Shown here: piece by piece, positions 30,302-41,486 of the stretch
Layout: the number at the start of each line of letters is the position of its first letter
Position numbering within the stretch: position 1 is the first letter of the stretch
Assembly (NCBI GenBank): GCA_031416075.1
Contig: JANOSY010000002.1
Coordinates: 1-64,000, forward strand
DNA: 64,000 bases
Source of the DNA: Candidatus Tenderia sp.
GTDB taxonomy: Bacteria; Pseudomonadota; Gammaproteobacteria; Tenderiales; Tenderiaceae
Direction: 5' to 3'
Position numbers and translations under genes: made by a program
The notes under the pieces: model-generated
What the model was told of the DNA's origin: nothing
Database searches by the model: none
Seen by the model: the letters and a program-made list of their open reading frames with translations, nothing else

Positions 30302-31444
30302 ATGGATAGTGAAAGTTACGATGCGTTAGTTGAATCCATTTATGATGCTGCGCTAAATCCTGAACGCTGGGATACGGTTGTTTCAGGATTGAAGGATGCG
30401 TTTGATTCCATCGGGGCCGGTTTTTTTGTGCAAACCGCAGATCAGCGGGGAGATGGTCACTATATTCATGGGCTTGATAGTCACGAAATGGATGTGTATG
30501 GCGAACACTTCGCCAGCGTTAACCCTTGGTTCACTATTCCTGGTTTGATGAAGCCGGGGCGGGTGCTTACTGATCTCTCTCTTGAAAAAATACACAATGA
30601 CAAAGGCGCTTTCCTCAAGACCGAAATGTATCAGGATTGGTGCAAAAAGCAGGATATTCGCCATCTCATGGGGGGAAGTTTGCAAGATATACATGGGAGC
30701 CTTCTGAATTTTTCTTTCTTTCGATCACAGCAGTCGGGCTACTTCACCGATGCTGAGATTAAGTGTTACCAGAGATTGTGTCGCCATTTGATAAAGGCAG
30801 TGGAGATCAATGCCAGGACAATGGGGCTTGTGCCGGGGGCTGGCAGTCAGGAGGGGGCATTGGATTGCCTGCGCCTTGGGGTGGTTACGCTGGATGGTTT
30901 CGGTCGCATTGTGTTTGTGAATAAATATGCAGATGCGTTACTTAAGAGCAATAAAGGTCTTTGCGAAAAGGAGTTGCGCCTAAAGACGGTGGACCACAGC
31001 TCCCAGAAACTTCTGGATCAGGCACTTGATCAGGCGCTCAACGCACGTAAAAGTGCAGCGCTGACACTGTCACGCTCTGCGGCATCAGAGTTGTCACTCT
31101 GTGTGATACCTGTCTCTGATAAGCGTGACTTTCTGGGTATGCCAAGCCGCTCTGTAACGATCTTCATCTCTGATCCAGATGACCGCGAGGTCGCTAACGT
31201 CGATTGTCTTGCCAAGCGTTGGCAATTGTCGCCTCTGGAGGCGCAGTTTGCCTTGCAGCTGCTCAAGGGGCTTAACGTCAAGGAGATTGCCGTAGCGCTG
31301 GAACTTACTCGTAGCACTGCACAGTGGTACTGCAAGCAGATCATGCAGAAGCTGGGGGTCAGGCGTCAGTCTGAGCTTATCCTTAATCTCACTAAAGACC
31401 TTTCGTTCTTTCTCGACCCCAGCTCCGCTTACCGGGGCAGGTGA
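30302..31444 (+). CDS. LuxR-type HTH regulator with GAF/PAS-like N-terminus
   Basis: LVESIYDAALNPERW N-terminus; PAS-like GVVTLDGFGRIVFVN; C-terminal LSPLE...KEIA...KLGVRRQSEL. Confidence 0.85.
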   Translation: MDSESYDALVESIYDAALNPERWDTVVSGLKDAFDSIGAGFFVQTADQRGDGHYIHGLDSHEMDVYGEHFASVNPWFTIPGLMKPGRVLTDLSLEKIHNDKGAFLKTEMYQDWCKKQDIRHLMGGSLQDIHGSLLNFSFFRSQQSGYFTDAEIKCYQRLCRHLIKAVEINARTMGLVPGAGSQEGALDCLRLGVVTLDGFGRIVFVNKYADALLKSNKGLCEKELRLKTVDHSSQKLLDQALDQALNARKSAALTLSRSAASELSLCVIPVSDKRDFLGMPSRSVTIFISDPDDREVANVDCLAKRWQLSPLEAQFALQLLKGLNVKEIAVALELTRSTAQWYCKQIMQKLGVRRQSELILNLTKDLSFFLDPSSAYRGR

Positions 31445-31518
31445 CACATCGGTATGGGGGCTTCATAATAATATTCCACCAAAGGCACTTCAGCCGCACA
31501 CCCAAGACTGGAATATAG

Positions 31519-32169
<651 letters not shown>

Positions 32170-32241
32170 GGGGATTTTGCAGTGGCTGGTGTACAATCAC
32201 CGGTTCTTGAGAACTTTGTCCTATATCTGGAGTGAATAGTC

Positions 32242-32544
32242 ATGGCCCGTGTGACCGTTGAAGATTGTCTGAGTAAGGTGGATAACCGTTTTGAGCTGGT
32301 ACTGGTTGCCAGCAAACGTGCCCGTCAGCTGGCCAATGGCAAAGAGCCGCTGGTGCCTTGGGAAAATGACAAACCTACCGTGGTAGCGTTACGCGAAATT
32401 GCCGAAGATAAAGTGACCAAAACCTCACTGGTTGAAGATGCCCGCCGCGAAGCGGAACGTGCCTCCCGTATCTCTGAGGAGGAGGCGCGTATTGAAACTA
32501 CCCAGGCGCTTTCAGTTGCAGATGAGGATGGCGACGACTTCTGA
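32242..32544 (+). CDS. rpoZ: RNA polymerase omega subunit
   Basis: MARVTVEDC...NRFELVL...[11 protein letters not shown]. Confidence 0.98.
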   Translation: MARVTVEDCLSKVDNRFELVLVASKRARQLANGKEPLVPWENDKPTVVALREIAEDKVTKTSLVEDARREAERASRISEEEARIETTQALSVADEDGDDF

Positions 32545-32559
32545 TCTTAGAGGTTGCTC

Positions 32560-34788
32560 ATGAGCACACCTCATACCGTATTACCCCCGCTGGTTATCTC
32601 CCCGGAGAGCTTTGAACATCTGTTTGATGGGGTGCGGGCGGAGATTGACAAATACTTGGAGCCCGATCACATCGCTATAGTGCATCGGGCTTTTGTCTTT
32701 GGTGCCGACGCCCATATTGAGCAGAAGCGCCGCTCAGGTGAGCCGTATATTACCCACCCCCTGGCCGTGGCCCAGATTATGGCCACGATGCGTTTTGACG
32801 CCACCACGCTGGCCGCTGCCATTCTTCACGACGTGGTGGAGGATACCCCCGTTACCAAAGAGATGCTGGCCGCCGAGTTTGGCGATGAGGTGACAGAGCT
32901 GGTGGATGGGGTGACCAAGCTGACCCAGATCAGCTTTGAGAGTCGCGCCCAGGCAGAGGCGGAAAACTTCCGCAAGATGTTGCTGGCAATGGTGCGGGAT
33001 ATCCGCATCATGCTGATCAAACTGGCTGACCGTCTGCACAATATGCGGACCCTGGGTTTTATGCGCCCTGACAAACGCCGCCGTATCGCCCGTGAAACCC
33101 TTGATATTTATGTGCCTATTGCCAGCCGCCTGGGTCTGAATGCGATGCGTCTGGAGCTGGAAGATCTCGGTTTTGCGGCACTCTACCCGGACCGCCACCG
33201 TGTTTTGTCCGAGGCGATTAAGAAGGCACGGGGAAACCGCAGCGAGATTGTCGCCAAGATGGAGTCTGCCATCACCGAGCGGTTGCAGCAGGAGGGGCTG
33301 AATGCACGGGTCCAGGGGCGCGAAAAGCATATATATAGTATCTATCAGAAGATGCGGCAGAAGGGGTTGCCCTTTGCTGAGGTTCATGATGTCTACGCCT
33401 TTCGTATTGTGGTGGACTCTGTGGATATGTGTTATCGGGTCTTTGGTGCGGTGCACAATCTCTATAAACCGGTGCCAGGTAAGTTCAAGGATTATATTGC
33501 CATCCCCAAGGCCAACGGCTATCAGTCGCTACACACGGTGCTGTTTGGCCCCTATGGCGTGCCGATTGAGGTGCAGATTCGTACCGAAGATATGGATCGG
33601 GTGGCCGATGCGGGGGTGGCTGCCCACTGGCTGTACAAAGGTGGCGAAGACTCAACGAATAATTTTGGTGCCCACTTCCGTGTGCGGGAGTGGATGCGCA
33701 GCGTGCTGGAGATGCAGCAGAGCGCTGGCAACTCGTTGGAATTTCTGGAAAACGTCAAGATCGACTTGTTCCCGCGTGAGGTCTATGTTTTTACTCCAAA
33801 AGGCAAGATCATGGTGCTCAAACGGGGTTCAACCCCCGTCGATTTTGCCTACGGTGTGCATACCGATGTGGGCAACCGCTGTGTGGCGGCCAAGATCAAC
33901 CGCCGTCTGGCACCGCTGCGTACGGAGCTAATGAACGGCCAGACGGTGGAGATTGTGACGGCCAATACTGCATACCCCAACCCCGCCTGGCTCAACTTTG
34001 TGGTGACGGGCAAGGCGCGGGCTAACATCCGCCACTACCTTAAGAACCTGCGTGAGGATGAGGCGATCAATCTGGGCAAGCGGTTACTGGATAATGAACT
34101 GGTCTCCGTCGCGCTCTCGGTGGATAACTTGCCCCTGGAGCAGGTTGAAGGGTTGTTGAAAGATTTGAAGCTGGAGTCCCTGGATAAGCTGTTCGAAGAG
34201 ATTGGCCTGGGGAACCGCATGGCCCTGCTGGTAGCACGCCGCTTTATGCCGGATAAAAAACCGGGGTCTCGTGGTGTGGGTATCAAAGAGGCGCTGATCC
34301 GCTATGTACCGCTCTGGCTCAAAGGGGAGAAAGAGTCCTCTTCCAAGCCGCTGCTGATACGGGGTACCGAGGGTATGGTGCTCAACTTTGCCAAGTGTTG
34401 CCGCCCCATCCCAGGTGATTCGATTCTCGGTTTTGTCACTGCCGGGCGTGGCATTGTGATCCATACGGAGTCGTGCAAAAACGTGGCGGAGTATCGCAAG
34501 CTGCCCGATAAGTGGATCGATGTGCAGTGGGAGGAGGGGGTGCGGGGTGACTTCCCGGTAGAGGTGCGGATCGATCTGCTTAACCAGCGCGGTGTTTTGG
34601 CCACCGTGGCGGCGACCATCTCCGAACTGGGTGCCAATATCGACAACGTCAATGTTGAAGAGCGCGACAGCCGCAACAGCAGCATGACCGTGGTGCTGGA
34701 GGTGCAGGGGCGTCAGCATCTGGCCAATATTATGCGTCGGATTCGTTCCATTGAACCGGTGCTGCGTATTGTCCGCACCCGAGGATAA
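32560..34788 (+). CDS. spoT: (p)ppGpp synthetase/hydrolase SpoT
   Basis: HD motif (ILHDVVED), KLADRLHNMRTL, NGYQSLHT, TGS and ACT domains; follows rpoZ. Confidence 0.97.
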   Translation: MSTPHTVLPPLVISPESFEHLFDGVRAEIDKYLEPDHIAIVHRAFVFGADAHIEQKRRSGEPYITHPLAVAQIMATMRFDATTLAAAILHDVVEDTPVTKEMLAAEFGDEVTELVDGVTKLTQISFESRAQAEAENFRKMLLAMVRDIRIMLIKLADRLHNMRTLGFMRPDKRRRIARETLDIYVPIASRLGLNAMRLELEDLGFAALYPDRHRVLSEAIKKARGNRSEIVAKMESAITERLQQEGLNARVQGREKHIYSIYQKMRQKGLPFAEVHDVYAFRIVVDSVDMCYRVFGAVHNLYKPVPGKFKDYIAIPKANGYQSLHTVLFGPYGVPIEVQIRTEDMDRVADAGVAAHWLYKGGEDSTNNFGAHFRVREWMRSVLEMQQSAGNSLEFLENVKIDLFPREVYVFTPKGKIMVLKRGSTPVDFAYGVHTDVGNRCVAAKINRRLAPLRTELMNGQTVEIVTANTAYPNPAWLNFVVTGKARANIRHYLKNLREDEAINLGKRLLDNELVSVALSVDNLPLEQVEGLLKDLKLESLDKLFEEIGLGNRMALLVARRFMPDKKPGSRGVGIKEALIRYVPLWLKGEKESSSKPLLIRGTEGMVLNFAKCCRPIPGDSILGFVTAGRGIVIHTESCKNVAEYRKLPDKWIDVQWEEGVRGDFPVEVRIDLLNQRGVLATVAATISELGANIDNVNVEERDSRNSSMTVVLEVQGRQHLANIMRRIRSIEPVLRIVRTRG

Positions 34789-34790
34789 GT

Positions 34791-34857
34791 GTAGGGTGGG
34801 CATGGCCCACCATTCTTTCAACATTCCGCGTGGGCACAGAAAACGTGCCCACCCTAC
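34791..34857. repeat. REP doublet
   Basis: GTAGGGTGGGCATGGCCCACC...GCGTGGGCAC...GTGCCCACCCTAC. Confidence 0.85.
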
Positions 34858-34883
34858 CCAATTGAAACAGAGAGAGATTTTTC

Positions 34884-35270
34884 ATGGCACGTGAAATTAT
34901 CCATACCGACAACGCCCCCAAGGCGATTGGTACCTACTCTCAGGCGGTGAAGGTGGGGAGTACCGTCTACCTCTCGGGCCAGATACCCCTGGTGCCGGAG
35001 ACCATGCAGATGATTGAAGGGGATATGGAGGCCAATATCCGCCGTGTCTTTGATAATCTCAAGGCGGTGGCTGAAGCGGCGGGCGGTTCGTTGCAGGATA
35101 TCGCCAAACTCAACATTTTTTTGATTGATCTTGGCCACTTTGCGCTAGTCAATCAGGTGATGGCTGACTACTTTCAGCAACCCTACCCGGCCCGCGCCGC
35201 CATTGGTGTGGCGAGCCTGCCTCGTGCCGCAGCGGTAGAGATGGATGGGGTAATGGAGCTGGCGGGATGA
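34884..35270 (+). CDS. RidA family reactive intermediate deaminase
   Basis: [17 protein letters not shown] and PYPARA motifs. Confidence 0.95.
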   Translation: MAREIIHTDNAPKAIGTYSQAVKVGSTVYLSGQIPLVPETMQMIEGDMEANIRRVFDNLKAVAEAAGGSLQDIAKLNIFLIDLGHFALVNQVMADYFQQPYPARAAIGVASLPRAAAVEMDGVMELAG

Positions 35271-35311
35271 ACGGCCGGTTTTGCCAGTAACTGCCCCGGC
35301 ACCATTCTCTA

Positions 35312-37408
35312 ATGAGCTTGGCGGCACCTCTCACCACCCTTAAAGGGGTGGGGCCACGGATGGCCGAGCGTCTCGAACGTCTCGGCCTGCGGGGCATTGA
35401 AGATCTGCTGTTCCATCTCCCCTACCGTTATCAGGATCGCACCCAAGTGGCAGTGATAGGTGCGCTGCGTCCCGGTAGCGAGCTGGTGGTGGAAGGGGAG
35501 GTTCAAGCCTGCGATATCAAATTTGGCAAACGGCGCTCGCTGCTGTGCCGGATCAATGACGGCACCGGCTCCCTGATGTTGCGCTTTTTTCACTTCAACG
35601 CCCGGCAGCAGGCGGGGCTGGTGCGGGGGGCGCGGCTGCGCTGTTTTGGCGAGGTGCGACGGGGCGCGGCGATGCTGGAGATGGTCCACCCCGAATATGA
35701 GCTGCTCGATCCGGAAGGGGATTCAGCACCGCTGGCGGGGGCGGCGACCGAGCCACATCTGACGCCGCTCTACCACGCCACCGATGGTCTGGCACAAAAG
35801 AGCCTGCGCCAGCTGACCGACCGTGCCCTGGAGCGGTTGGCCCAGGCGGAGCTGTTTGACTATCTGCCGCCCGAGCTGGTGGCAACCCTGGGGTTGCCCG
35901 GACTGGCCGAGGCGCTACGTTATGTACACCGGCCCCCGCCCGATGCCCCGGTGGCGGCGCTGCTGGCGGGAGAGCATCCGGCCCAGCAGCGGCTCGCCTT
36001 CGAAGAGCTGCTGGCCCACCACCTGAGCCTGCGGCAGTTGCGTCAACGTATTGAGATTAACAGTGCGCCAGTGATGGTGGTCCACGGGCGTCTGTTACAA
36101 CAGCTCCGTGCCGGGCTGCCCTTTACCCTGACCGGGGCGCAGCAGCGGGTGATGGCAGAGCTGTTTGCCGATATGGCCAAACCCCATCCAATGCAGCGGC
36201 TGGTGCAGGGGGATGTGGGGTGTGGCAAAACCCTGGTGGCCGCCGCCGCGGCACTGCAAGCGGTGGAGGCGGGGTATCAGGTGGCGGTAATGGCCCCGAC
36301 GGAGCTACTGGCGGAACAGCATCTGCGTAACTTTCGCCACTGGTGTGAGCCATTGGGGCTACAGGTGGCTTGGTTCAGCGGTAAGCAAGGGGTACGGGAG
36401 CGGCGCGACAATCTGGCACGGCTGGTGGCGGGCGATGCGGCGCTGGCGGTGGGGACTCACGCCCTGTTCCAGGATGAGGTGGTCTTTAACCGGTTGGGAT
36501 TGGTGATTGTTGATGAGCAGCACCGCTTTGGTGTGCATCAGCGGTTGGCACTGCGAGAAAAGGGGCGTGATGTCGATGGTCGGCTGCCCCATCAGCTGAT
36601 TATGACGGCGACACCGATCCCACGGACCTTGGCCATGACCGCGTATGCCGATCTTGATATATCAGTGATTGATGAGCTACCGCCGGGGCGCACGCCTGTT
36701 GAGACAGTGGTGATCTCCGACAGTCGTCGTGCCGAGGTGGTACAGCGGGTGCGGAGTGCCTGCAGTGCCGAAGGGCGTCAGGCCTACTGGGTCTGCACAC
36801 TCATTGAGGAGTCGGAGCTGTTGCAGTGTCAGGCGGCGGAGGCGGCGGTGGTCGAGTTGACTGAAGCACTGCCAGACCTGAACATCGGTCTGCTTCATGG
36901 GCGGATGAAGTCCGCCGAAAAAGAGTCGATTATGGCCGCCTTTAAAGGGGGTGAGTTGCAGCTGCTGGTGGCGACCACGGTGATTGAGGTGGGGGTGGAT
37001 GTGCCCAATGCCAGCTTGATGATTATTGAAAACGCCGAACGTTTAGGGTTGGCGCAGCTGCATCAGCTGCGGGGCCGGGTTGGGCGTGGTGACGTCAGTA
37101 GCAGCTGTGTTTTGATGTATCATAAGCCGCTTTCCGCTCAGGGGCGTGCCCGGCTGGCGGCGTTGCGCGAGACCAATGACGGTTTTGAAATTGCCCGCCG
37201 TGACCTGGAGTTGCGCGGCCCCGGTGAGGTATTGGGGACCCGGCAGAGTGGTTTGTTGATGTTGCGCATCGCCGATCTGGTGCGTGATCAGGCACTGCTG
37301 CCGCAGGTGGAGGCGGTGGCCGGGCAGCTGCTGCAGCGCTGGCCAGAGCGGGTGCCGCCGCTGATTGCACGTTGGCTGGGTGAGGCGCAGCGTTACGGTG
37401 ATGTTTGA
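35312..37408 (+). CDS. recG: ATP-dependent DNA helicase RecG
   Basis: QGDVGCGKT, DEQHRFG, MTATPIPRT and QLHQLRGRVGRG motifs. Confidence 0.98.
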   Translation: MSLAAPLTTLKGVGPRMAERLERLGLRGIEDLLFHLPYRYQDRTQVAVIGALRPGSELVVEGEVQACDIKFGKRRSLLCRINDGTGSLMLRFFHFNARQQAGLVRGARLRCFGEVRRGAAMLEMVHPEYELLDPEGDSAPLAGAATEPHLTPLYHATDGLAQKSLRQLTDRALERLAQAELFDYLPPELVATLGLPGLAEALRYVHRPPPDAPVAALLAGEHPAQQRLAFEELLAHHLSLRQLRQRIEINSAPVMVVHGRLLQQLRAGLPFTLTGAQQRVMAELFADMAKPHPMQRLVQGDVGCGKTLVAAAAALQAVEAGYQVAVMAPTELLAEQHLRNFRHWCEPLGLQVAWFSGKQGVRERRDNLARLVAGDAALAVGTHALFQDEVVFNRLGLVIVDEQHRFGVHQRLALREKGRDVDGRLPHQLIMTATPIPRTLAMTAYADLDISVIDELPPGRTPVETVVISDSRRAEVVQRVRSACSAEGRQAYWVCTLIEESELLQCQAAEAAVVELTEALPDLNIGLLHGRMKSAEKESIMAAFKGGELQLLVATTVIEVGVDVPNASLMIIENAERLGLAQLHQLRGRVGRGDVSSSCVLMYHKPLSAQGRARLAALRETNDGFEIARRDLELRGPGEVLGTRQSGLLMLRIADLVRDQALLPQVEAVAGQLLQRWPERVPPLIARWLGEAQRYGDV

Positions 37409-37991
37409 GGGTTCTATTCCAGAATATGGGCAGTATTGGATGAAGGGTGAACCGGCGTGGCGCAACGCCCGTCTGATCAGACGGGGTCAGGTACCCCCGC
37501 GGATTGCAGACTGGCTGCTCGACAACGGCTCCCTGACACGGCGGTTGCGGCAGGCCAGCGGCGGGGATTTTCGGGTTGAACTGCTCGGGCAGCATTGGGC
37601 CAGACCGTTACGGTGTGAGCGGCAGGTATTGGGACTGGAGCCACGGGCGGTGGCGCTGATCCGTCAGGTGCGGCTCTGGTGCAACGGTGAGGCGGTGGTC
37701 TACGCCCGCACTATCTTGCCACGTCAGACACTGGTGGGGCGGCAGCGGCGGTTGGCGCGGTTGGGCGGCAGGCCGCTGGGTGAGCAGCTGTTTCGTGATC
37801 GCACCATGTATCGTGGTGAGATGCAGGTGGCGCTGGTTGGCCCGGAACAGAGCGCGTACGGCGCAGTGGCCGGTAGCAGACCCCTCTGGGGACGGCGCTC
37901 GGTCTTTACTGTGGCTGGCCGGCCACTGCTGGTGAATGAGATTTTTTTGCCGTCATTAGTGACGGGCATGATTTATACGGTGATTGAATGA
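37401..37991 (+). CDS. ubiC: chorismate pyruvate-lyase
   Basis: [27 protein letters not shown] and LLVNEIFLP motifs; precedes ubiA. Confidence 0.92.
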   Translation: MFEGSIPEYGQYWMKGEPAWRNARLIRRGQVPPRIADWLLDNGSLTRRLRQASGGDFRVELLGQHWARPLRCERQVLGLEPRAVALIRQVRLWCNGEAVVYARTILPRQTLVGRQRRLARLGGRPLGEQLFRDRTMYRGEMQVALVGPEQSAYGAVAGSRPLWGRRSVFTVAGRPLLVNEIFLPSLVTGMIYTVIE

Positions 37992-38865
37992 GAGTGTTGG
38001 TTTGATAATGCAACGGTTACGGCAATATATCCTGCTCACGCGATTTGACCGCCCAATTGGTATCTTTTTACTGCTCTGGCCAACCCTATGGGCGTTGTGG
38101 ATAGCCTCAGAGGGGCAACCTGACCTCTGGGTGGCGACAGTGTTTGTGCTGGGGGTGGTGCTGATGCGTTCGGCAGGGTGTGTGATTAACGACTATGCCG
38201 ACCGCGACATTGACCGCTACGTGGCCCGCACCAGCGACCGGCCACTGACGGCGGGGCGGGTGACAACCAGAGAGACGCTGCTGCTGTTTGCGGTGCTGTC
38301 ACTGACGGCGTTTGCACTGGTACTGACGATGAATCTGCTCACTATCCTGCTCTCCTTTGTGGGGGCGGCGCTGGCGGCCAGTTACCCCTACATGAAACGC
38401 CACACCTATCTGCCACAGGTCTATCTGGGGCTGGCGTTTGGCTGGGCCGTGCCGATGGCCTTTGCCGCGCAGACCGGCGGTGTCCCAACAGTAGCGTGGC
38501 TGCTGCTGATCGCCACGGTGTTATGGGCCACCGCCTACGATACGATGTACGCCATGGTTGACCGCCCGGATGATATGAAGATTGGCGTCAAGTCGACGGC
38601 GATCCTGTTTGGTCCGGCGGACCGTGCCATGATTGCCATCATTCAGGCGTTGACGCTGGTGGTGCTGGTAACGGTAGGGGTTAAGCTGGAGCTGGGTGGA
38701 TATTATTATGCCGGGGTGGCGGTGGCGGTTTTTTTCATGTGTTACCAACAGTATCTGATCCAGAATCGTGACGGCATGCTCTGCTTCAGGGCGTTTCTGA
38801 ACAATCAGTGGGTTGGCGCGGCGGTGTTTGTGGGCATTGCACTGCACTACTACAAGGCCGGTTAG
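37984..38865 (+). CDS. ubiA: 4-hydroxybenzoate octaprenyltransferase
   Basis: [20 protein letters not shown] and [13 protein letters not shown] motifs. Confidence 0.97.
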   Translation: MNESVGLIMQRLRQYILLTRFDRPIGIFLLLWPTLWALWIASEGQPDLWVATVFVLGVVLMRSAGCVINDYADRDIDRYVARTSDRPLTAGRVTTRETLLLFAVLSLTAFALVLTMNLLTILLSFVGAALAASYPYMKRHTYLPQVYLGLAFGWAVPMAFAAQTGGVPTVAWLLLIATVLWATAYDTMYAMVDRPDDMKIGVKSTAILFGPADRAMIAIIQALTLVVLVTVGVKLELGGYYYAGVAVAVFFMCYQQYLIQNRDGMLCFRAFLNNQWVGAAVFVGIALHYYKAG

Positions 38866-39078
38866 GGGTGCTGAGTCTGCCGGGGTTGATCCATCCGGGC
38901 GGTTTTGAGGCGGCGGTGCTGACCCGTGACTTTCCGTGGGTGATCGGCCTGACCCTGGCGATGTTCATGATGGCCTACGGCTTTCGTGGCCAGCGCAGTA
39001 TTGGTCGCTGGGAAGGGGGCTTTGCTGCCCGCCTTTGGTGGGTATATGGTGTGGCGCTATATCAGTGCAATTGCATAA
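38862..39078 (+). pseudogene. 3' remnant of a YrbG-type Ca2+/Na+ antiporter
   Basis: [13 protein letters not shown]...VLTRDFPWVIGLTLAMFMMAYGFRG..IGRWEG, then a frameshift to LLPAFGGYMVW; sits where yrbG normally precedes kdsD. Confidence 0.7.
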
Positions 39079-39088
39079 GGAGAGGGTG

Positions 39089-39295
39089 ATGGCAGAAGAG
39101 CGGTTTATAGTCACAAACGTCAAATGTGGTGGCTGTGTCAGCAACATTAAGAACGGTCTTGGTCAGATGCCGGGGATTGAGTCTGTGAGTGTTGATCTGG
39201 CCACCAAACAGGTGGTGGTGAATGGCGCGGCGCTGGATCGCGGTGCGATTGCCGCCAAACTGGTGGCGCTGGGTTACCCTGAGGTAAAAGGTTAA
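39089..39295 (+). CDS. HMA-domain (CopZ-like) metal chaperone
   Basis: NVKCGGC motif, 68 aa, RBS AAGGAG. Confidence 0.85.
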   Translation: MAEERFIVTNVKCGGCVSNIKNGLGQMPGIESVSVDLATKQVVVNGAALDRGAIAAKLVALGYPEVKG

Positions 39296-39316
39296 TTGAG
39301 ATCTGAACAGAAGACG

Positions 39317-40303
39317 ATGGTATTGGCAGCGGCCGAGCGCGACAAACTGAAGCGCCTGGGGTTGGCAGTCATCGAAACCGAGGCACGTGCGGTTGCGGCA
39401 TTGGCGGCGCGTATCGATGAGAGTTTTGTCCACGCCTGCGAATTGATGCTGGCGTGTGAAGGGCGCATTGTGGTGATCGGTATGGGCAAGTCGGGCCACG
39501 TTGGTGGCAAGATTGCCGCCACGTTGGCGAGTACCGGCAGCCCGGCCTTTTTTGTCCACCCCGGTGAGGCCAGCCATGGCGACTTGGGAATGATCATGCC
39601 CAAAGATGTGGTGATGGCCTTTTCCAACTCAGGGGAAACCGATGAAATTCTGACCATACTGCCGCTGATTAAACGTATTGGCGTGCCGTTGATCACTTTG
39701 ACGGGCAACCCTGGCTCCACCCTGGCCCGCGCCGCTGATGTGCACATTGATGTGACTGTGGCGGAAGAGGCGTGTCCGCTGGGACTTGCACCTACCTGCA
39801 GCACCACGGCGGCCCTGGTGATGGGGGATGCGCTGGCTGTGGCGCTGCTGGAACAGCGCGGTTTTACGGCGGAGGATTTTGCCCGCTCCCACCCCGGGGG
39901 TCGTTTGGGACGGCGGCTGCTGCTGTTGATCCGCGATGTGATGCACAGTGGTGAGGCGTTGCCGCTGGTGACGGCGGAGGTCTCTTTGATCGATGCGCTG
40001 ATGGCGATGTCGCGCAAGGGGTTGGGGGTAGTGGCCGTGGTGGATGACCAGCAGACCCTGCTGGGGGTCTTTACCGACGGTGATCTGCGCCGTGCAGTTG
40101 ACCAGGGGGTGGATATCTATCACGCCAAAGTGGCGGAGCTGATGACCTGTGGTGGCAAAACCGTGGGGCCGGATGGGCTGGCCGCTGAGGCGCTGCGGCT
40201 GATGGAGACACATAAGATCAATGCCCTGCTGGTGGTGGATGGTGACCAGCGGGTGGTGGGTGCCCTGAATATGCATGACCTGCTGCGTGCCGGTGTGGTT
40301 TAG
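39317..40303 (+). CDS. kdsD: arabinose-5-phosphate isomerase
   Basis: SIS domain (GMGKSGH, HPGEASHGDLG) plus two CBS domains. Confidence 0.96.
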   Translation: MVLAAAERDKLKRLGLAVIETEARAVAALAARIDESFVHACELMLACEGRIVVIGMGKSGHVGGKIAATLASTGSPAFFVHPGEASHGDLGMIMPKDVVMAFSNSGETDEILTILPLIKRIGVPLITLTGNPGSTLARAADVHIDVTVAEEACPLGLAPTCSTTAALVMGDALAVALLEQRGFTAEDFARSHPGGRLGRRLLLLIRDVMHSGEALPLVTAEVSLIDALMAMSRKGLGVVAVVDDQQTLLGVFTDGDLRRAVDQGVDIYHAKVAELMTCGGKTVGPDGLAAEALRLMETHKINALLVVDGDQRVVGALNMHDLLRAGVV

Positions 40304-40330
40304 CCCCTTTAGCGATAAAACGGAGTCCCT

Positions 40331-40858
40331 ATGCAAGATATTCTCGCCCGTGCGGCGCGCATTAAACTGCTGATCTTTGATGTGGATGGTGTATTGACCG
40401 ATGGTGGGTTGATCATGGACAAGGAGGGTCACGAGTACAAACAGTTCAACTCCCGTGATGGCCATGGCATGAAGATGTTGCAGGAGACGGGGGTTCCGAT
40501 TGCCATCATTACGGGCCGCAGCTCGGCAGTGGTGGAGCACCGGATGAATGGCCTGGGGGTGAAATACCTCTATCAGGGGCAGCATGATAAACGGGTCGCC
40601 TTTGCTCAGCTGCTGGAGCTTCTGGCGCTGCAGGCGGAGCAGGTGAGCTACGTGGGGGATGATGTGGTGGATCTGCCTGTGATGCAGCAGGTGGGGTTGG
40701 CGGTGGCGGTTCAGGATGCCCACGGCCTGGTTAAAAGACATGCCCACTGGCAGACCCCCTCTGCTGGCGGGCGCGGTGCGGCGCGTGATATCTGTGAGCT
40801 GATCATGGAGGCTCAAGGCACCCTGGCCGGACAGATGGCCAAGTACGTGGCTGAGTGA
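40331..40858 (+). CDS. kdsC: KDO 8-phosphate phosphatase
   Basis: FDVDGVLTDG, YVGDDVVD and GGRGAAR motifs. Confidence 0.96.
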   Translation: MQDILARAARIKLLIFDVDGVLTDGGLIMDKEGHEYKQFNSRDGHGMKMLQETGVPIAIITGRSSAVVEHRMNGLGVKYLYQGQHDKRVAFAQLLELLALQAEQVSYVGDDVVDLPVMQQVGLAVAVQDAHGLVKRHAHWQTPSAGGRGAARDICELIMEAQGTLAGQMAKYVAE

Positions 40859-40870
40859 CCTCAATCCTAT

Positions 40871-41485
40871 ATGGCCGTTAGTGTAGGTGGGCATAAACGT
40901 TATATCAGCATGGTTGTGGTGCTGGTATTGGCGCTGCTGAGCTGGTGGTTCCAGCGTCAGGAGAGTGCCACGGGGGTGGAGCAGCCGCGTGATAGCCATG
41001 TGGTTGACTACTCAATGCGTGATTTTGAGGTGATGGCCATGGATGAGCAGGGGCGTCCCCGCCACCGTCTGCGTGCAGTCTCGATGCAACACTATATGGA
41101 CGACGGCAGTTCAACTCTGGAGCAGCCGGAGCTGCTGCTTTATCAGCCTGCTGGCCAGCCTGTTGGCCAGCCCGGTGGTCCGCAGGCCGTGGAGCGTTGG
41201 CAGTTGCGGGCAGAGCAGGCGCATATTGAGAGCAATGGCGCGGAGGCGCTACTGAAGGGTGCGGTCCAGGTGCAGCATATTGATGAAAAAGAGAAGGTGA
41301 TGCAGGCGTTACATACACGCGATCTGCGGGTCTACGTCGATCAGCAGCGTGCCGAGTCCGGTGCGGCGGTGGAGATTCGTGAGCGCCATGGCGTTACCCG
41401 CGCCCAAGGGTTGAAGATTGATATTAAGGCGGGGCAGATAGAGCTGCTGGCCGCTGTGCGTGGTGAATATGTTCGGGAGCGGTAA
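40871..41485 (+). CDS. lptC: LPS export protein LptC
   Basis: N-terminal TM, beta-jellyroll pattern, position between kdsC and lptA. Confidence 0.88.
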   Translation: MAVSVGGHKRYISMVVVLVLALLSWWFQRQESATGVEQPRDSHVVDYSMRDFEVMAMDEQGRPRHRLRAVSMQHYMDDGSSTLEQPELLLYQPAGQPVGQPGGPQAVERWQLRAEQAHIESNGAEALLKGAVQVQHIDEKEKVMQALHTRDLRVYVDQQRAESGAAVEIRERHGVTRAQGLKIDIKAGQIELLAAVRGEYVRER

Positions 41486-41486
41486 T

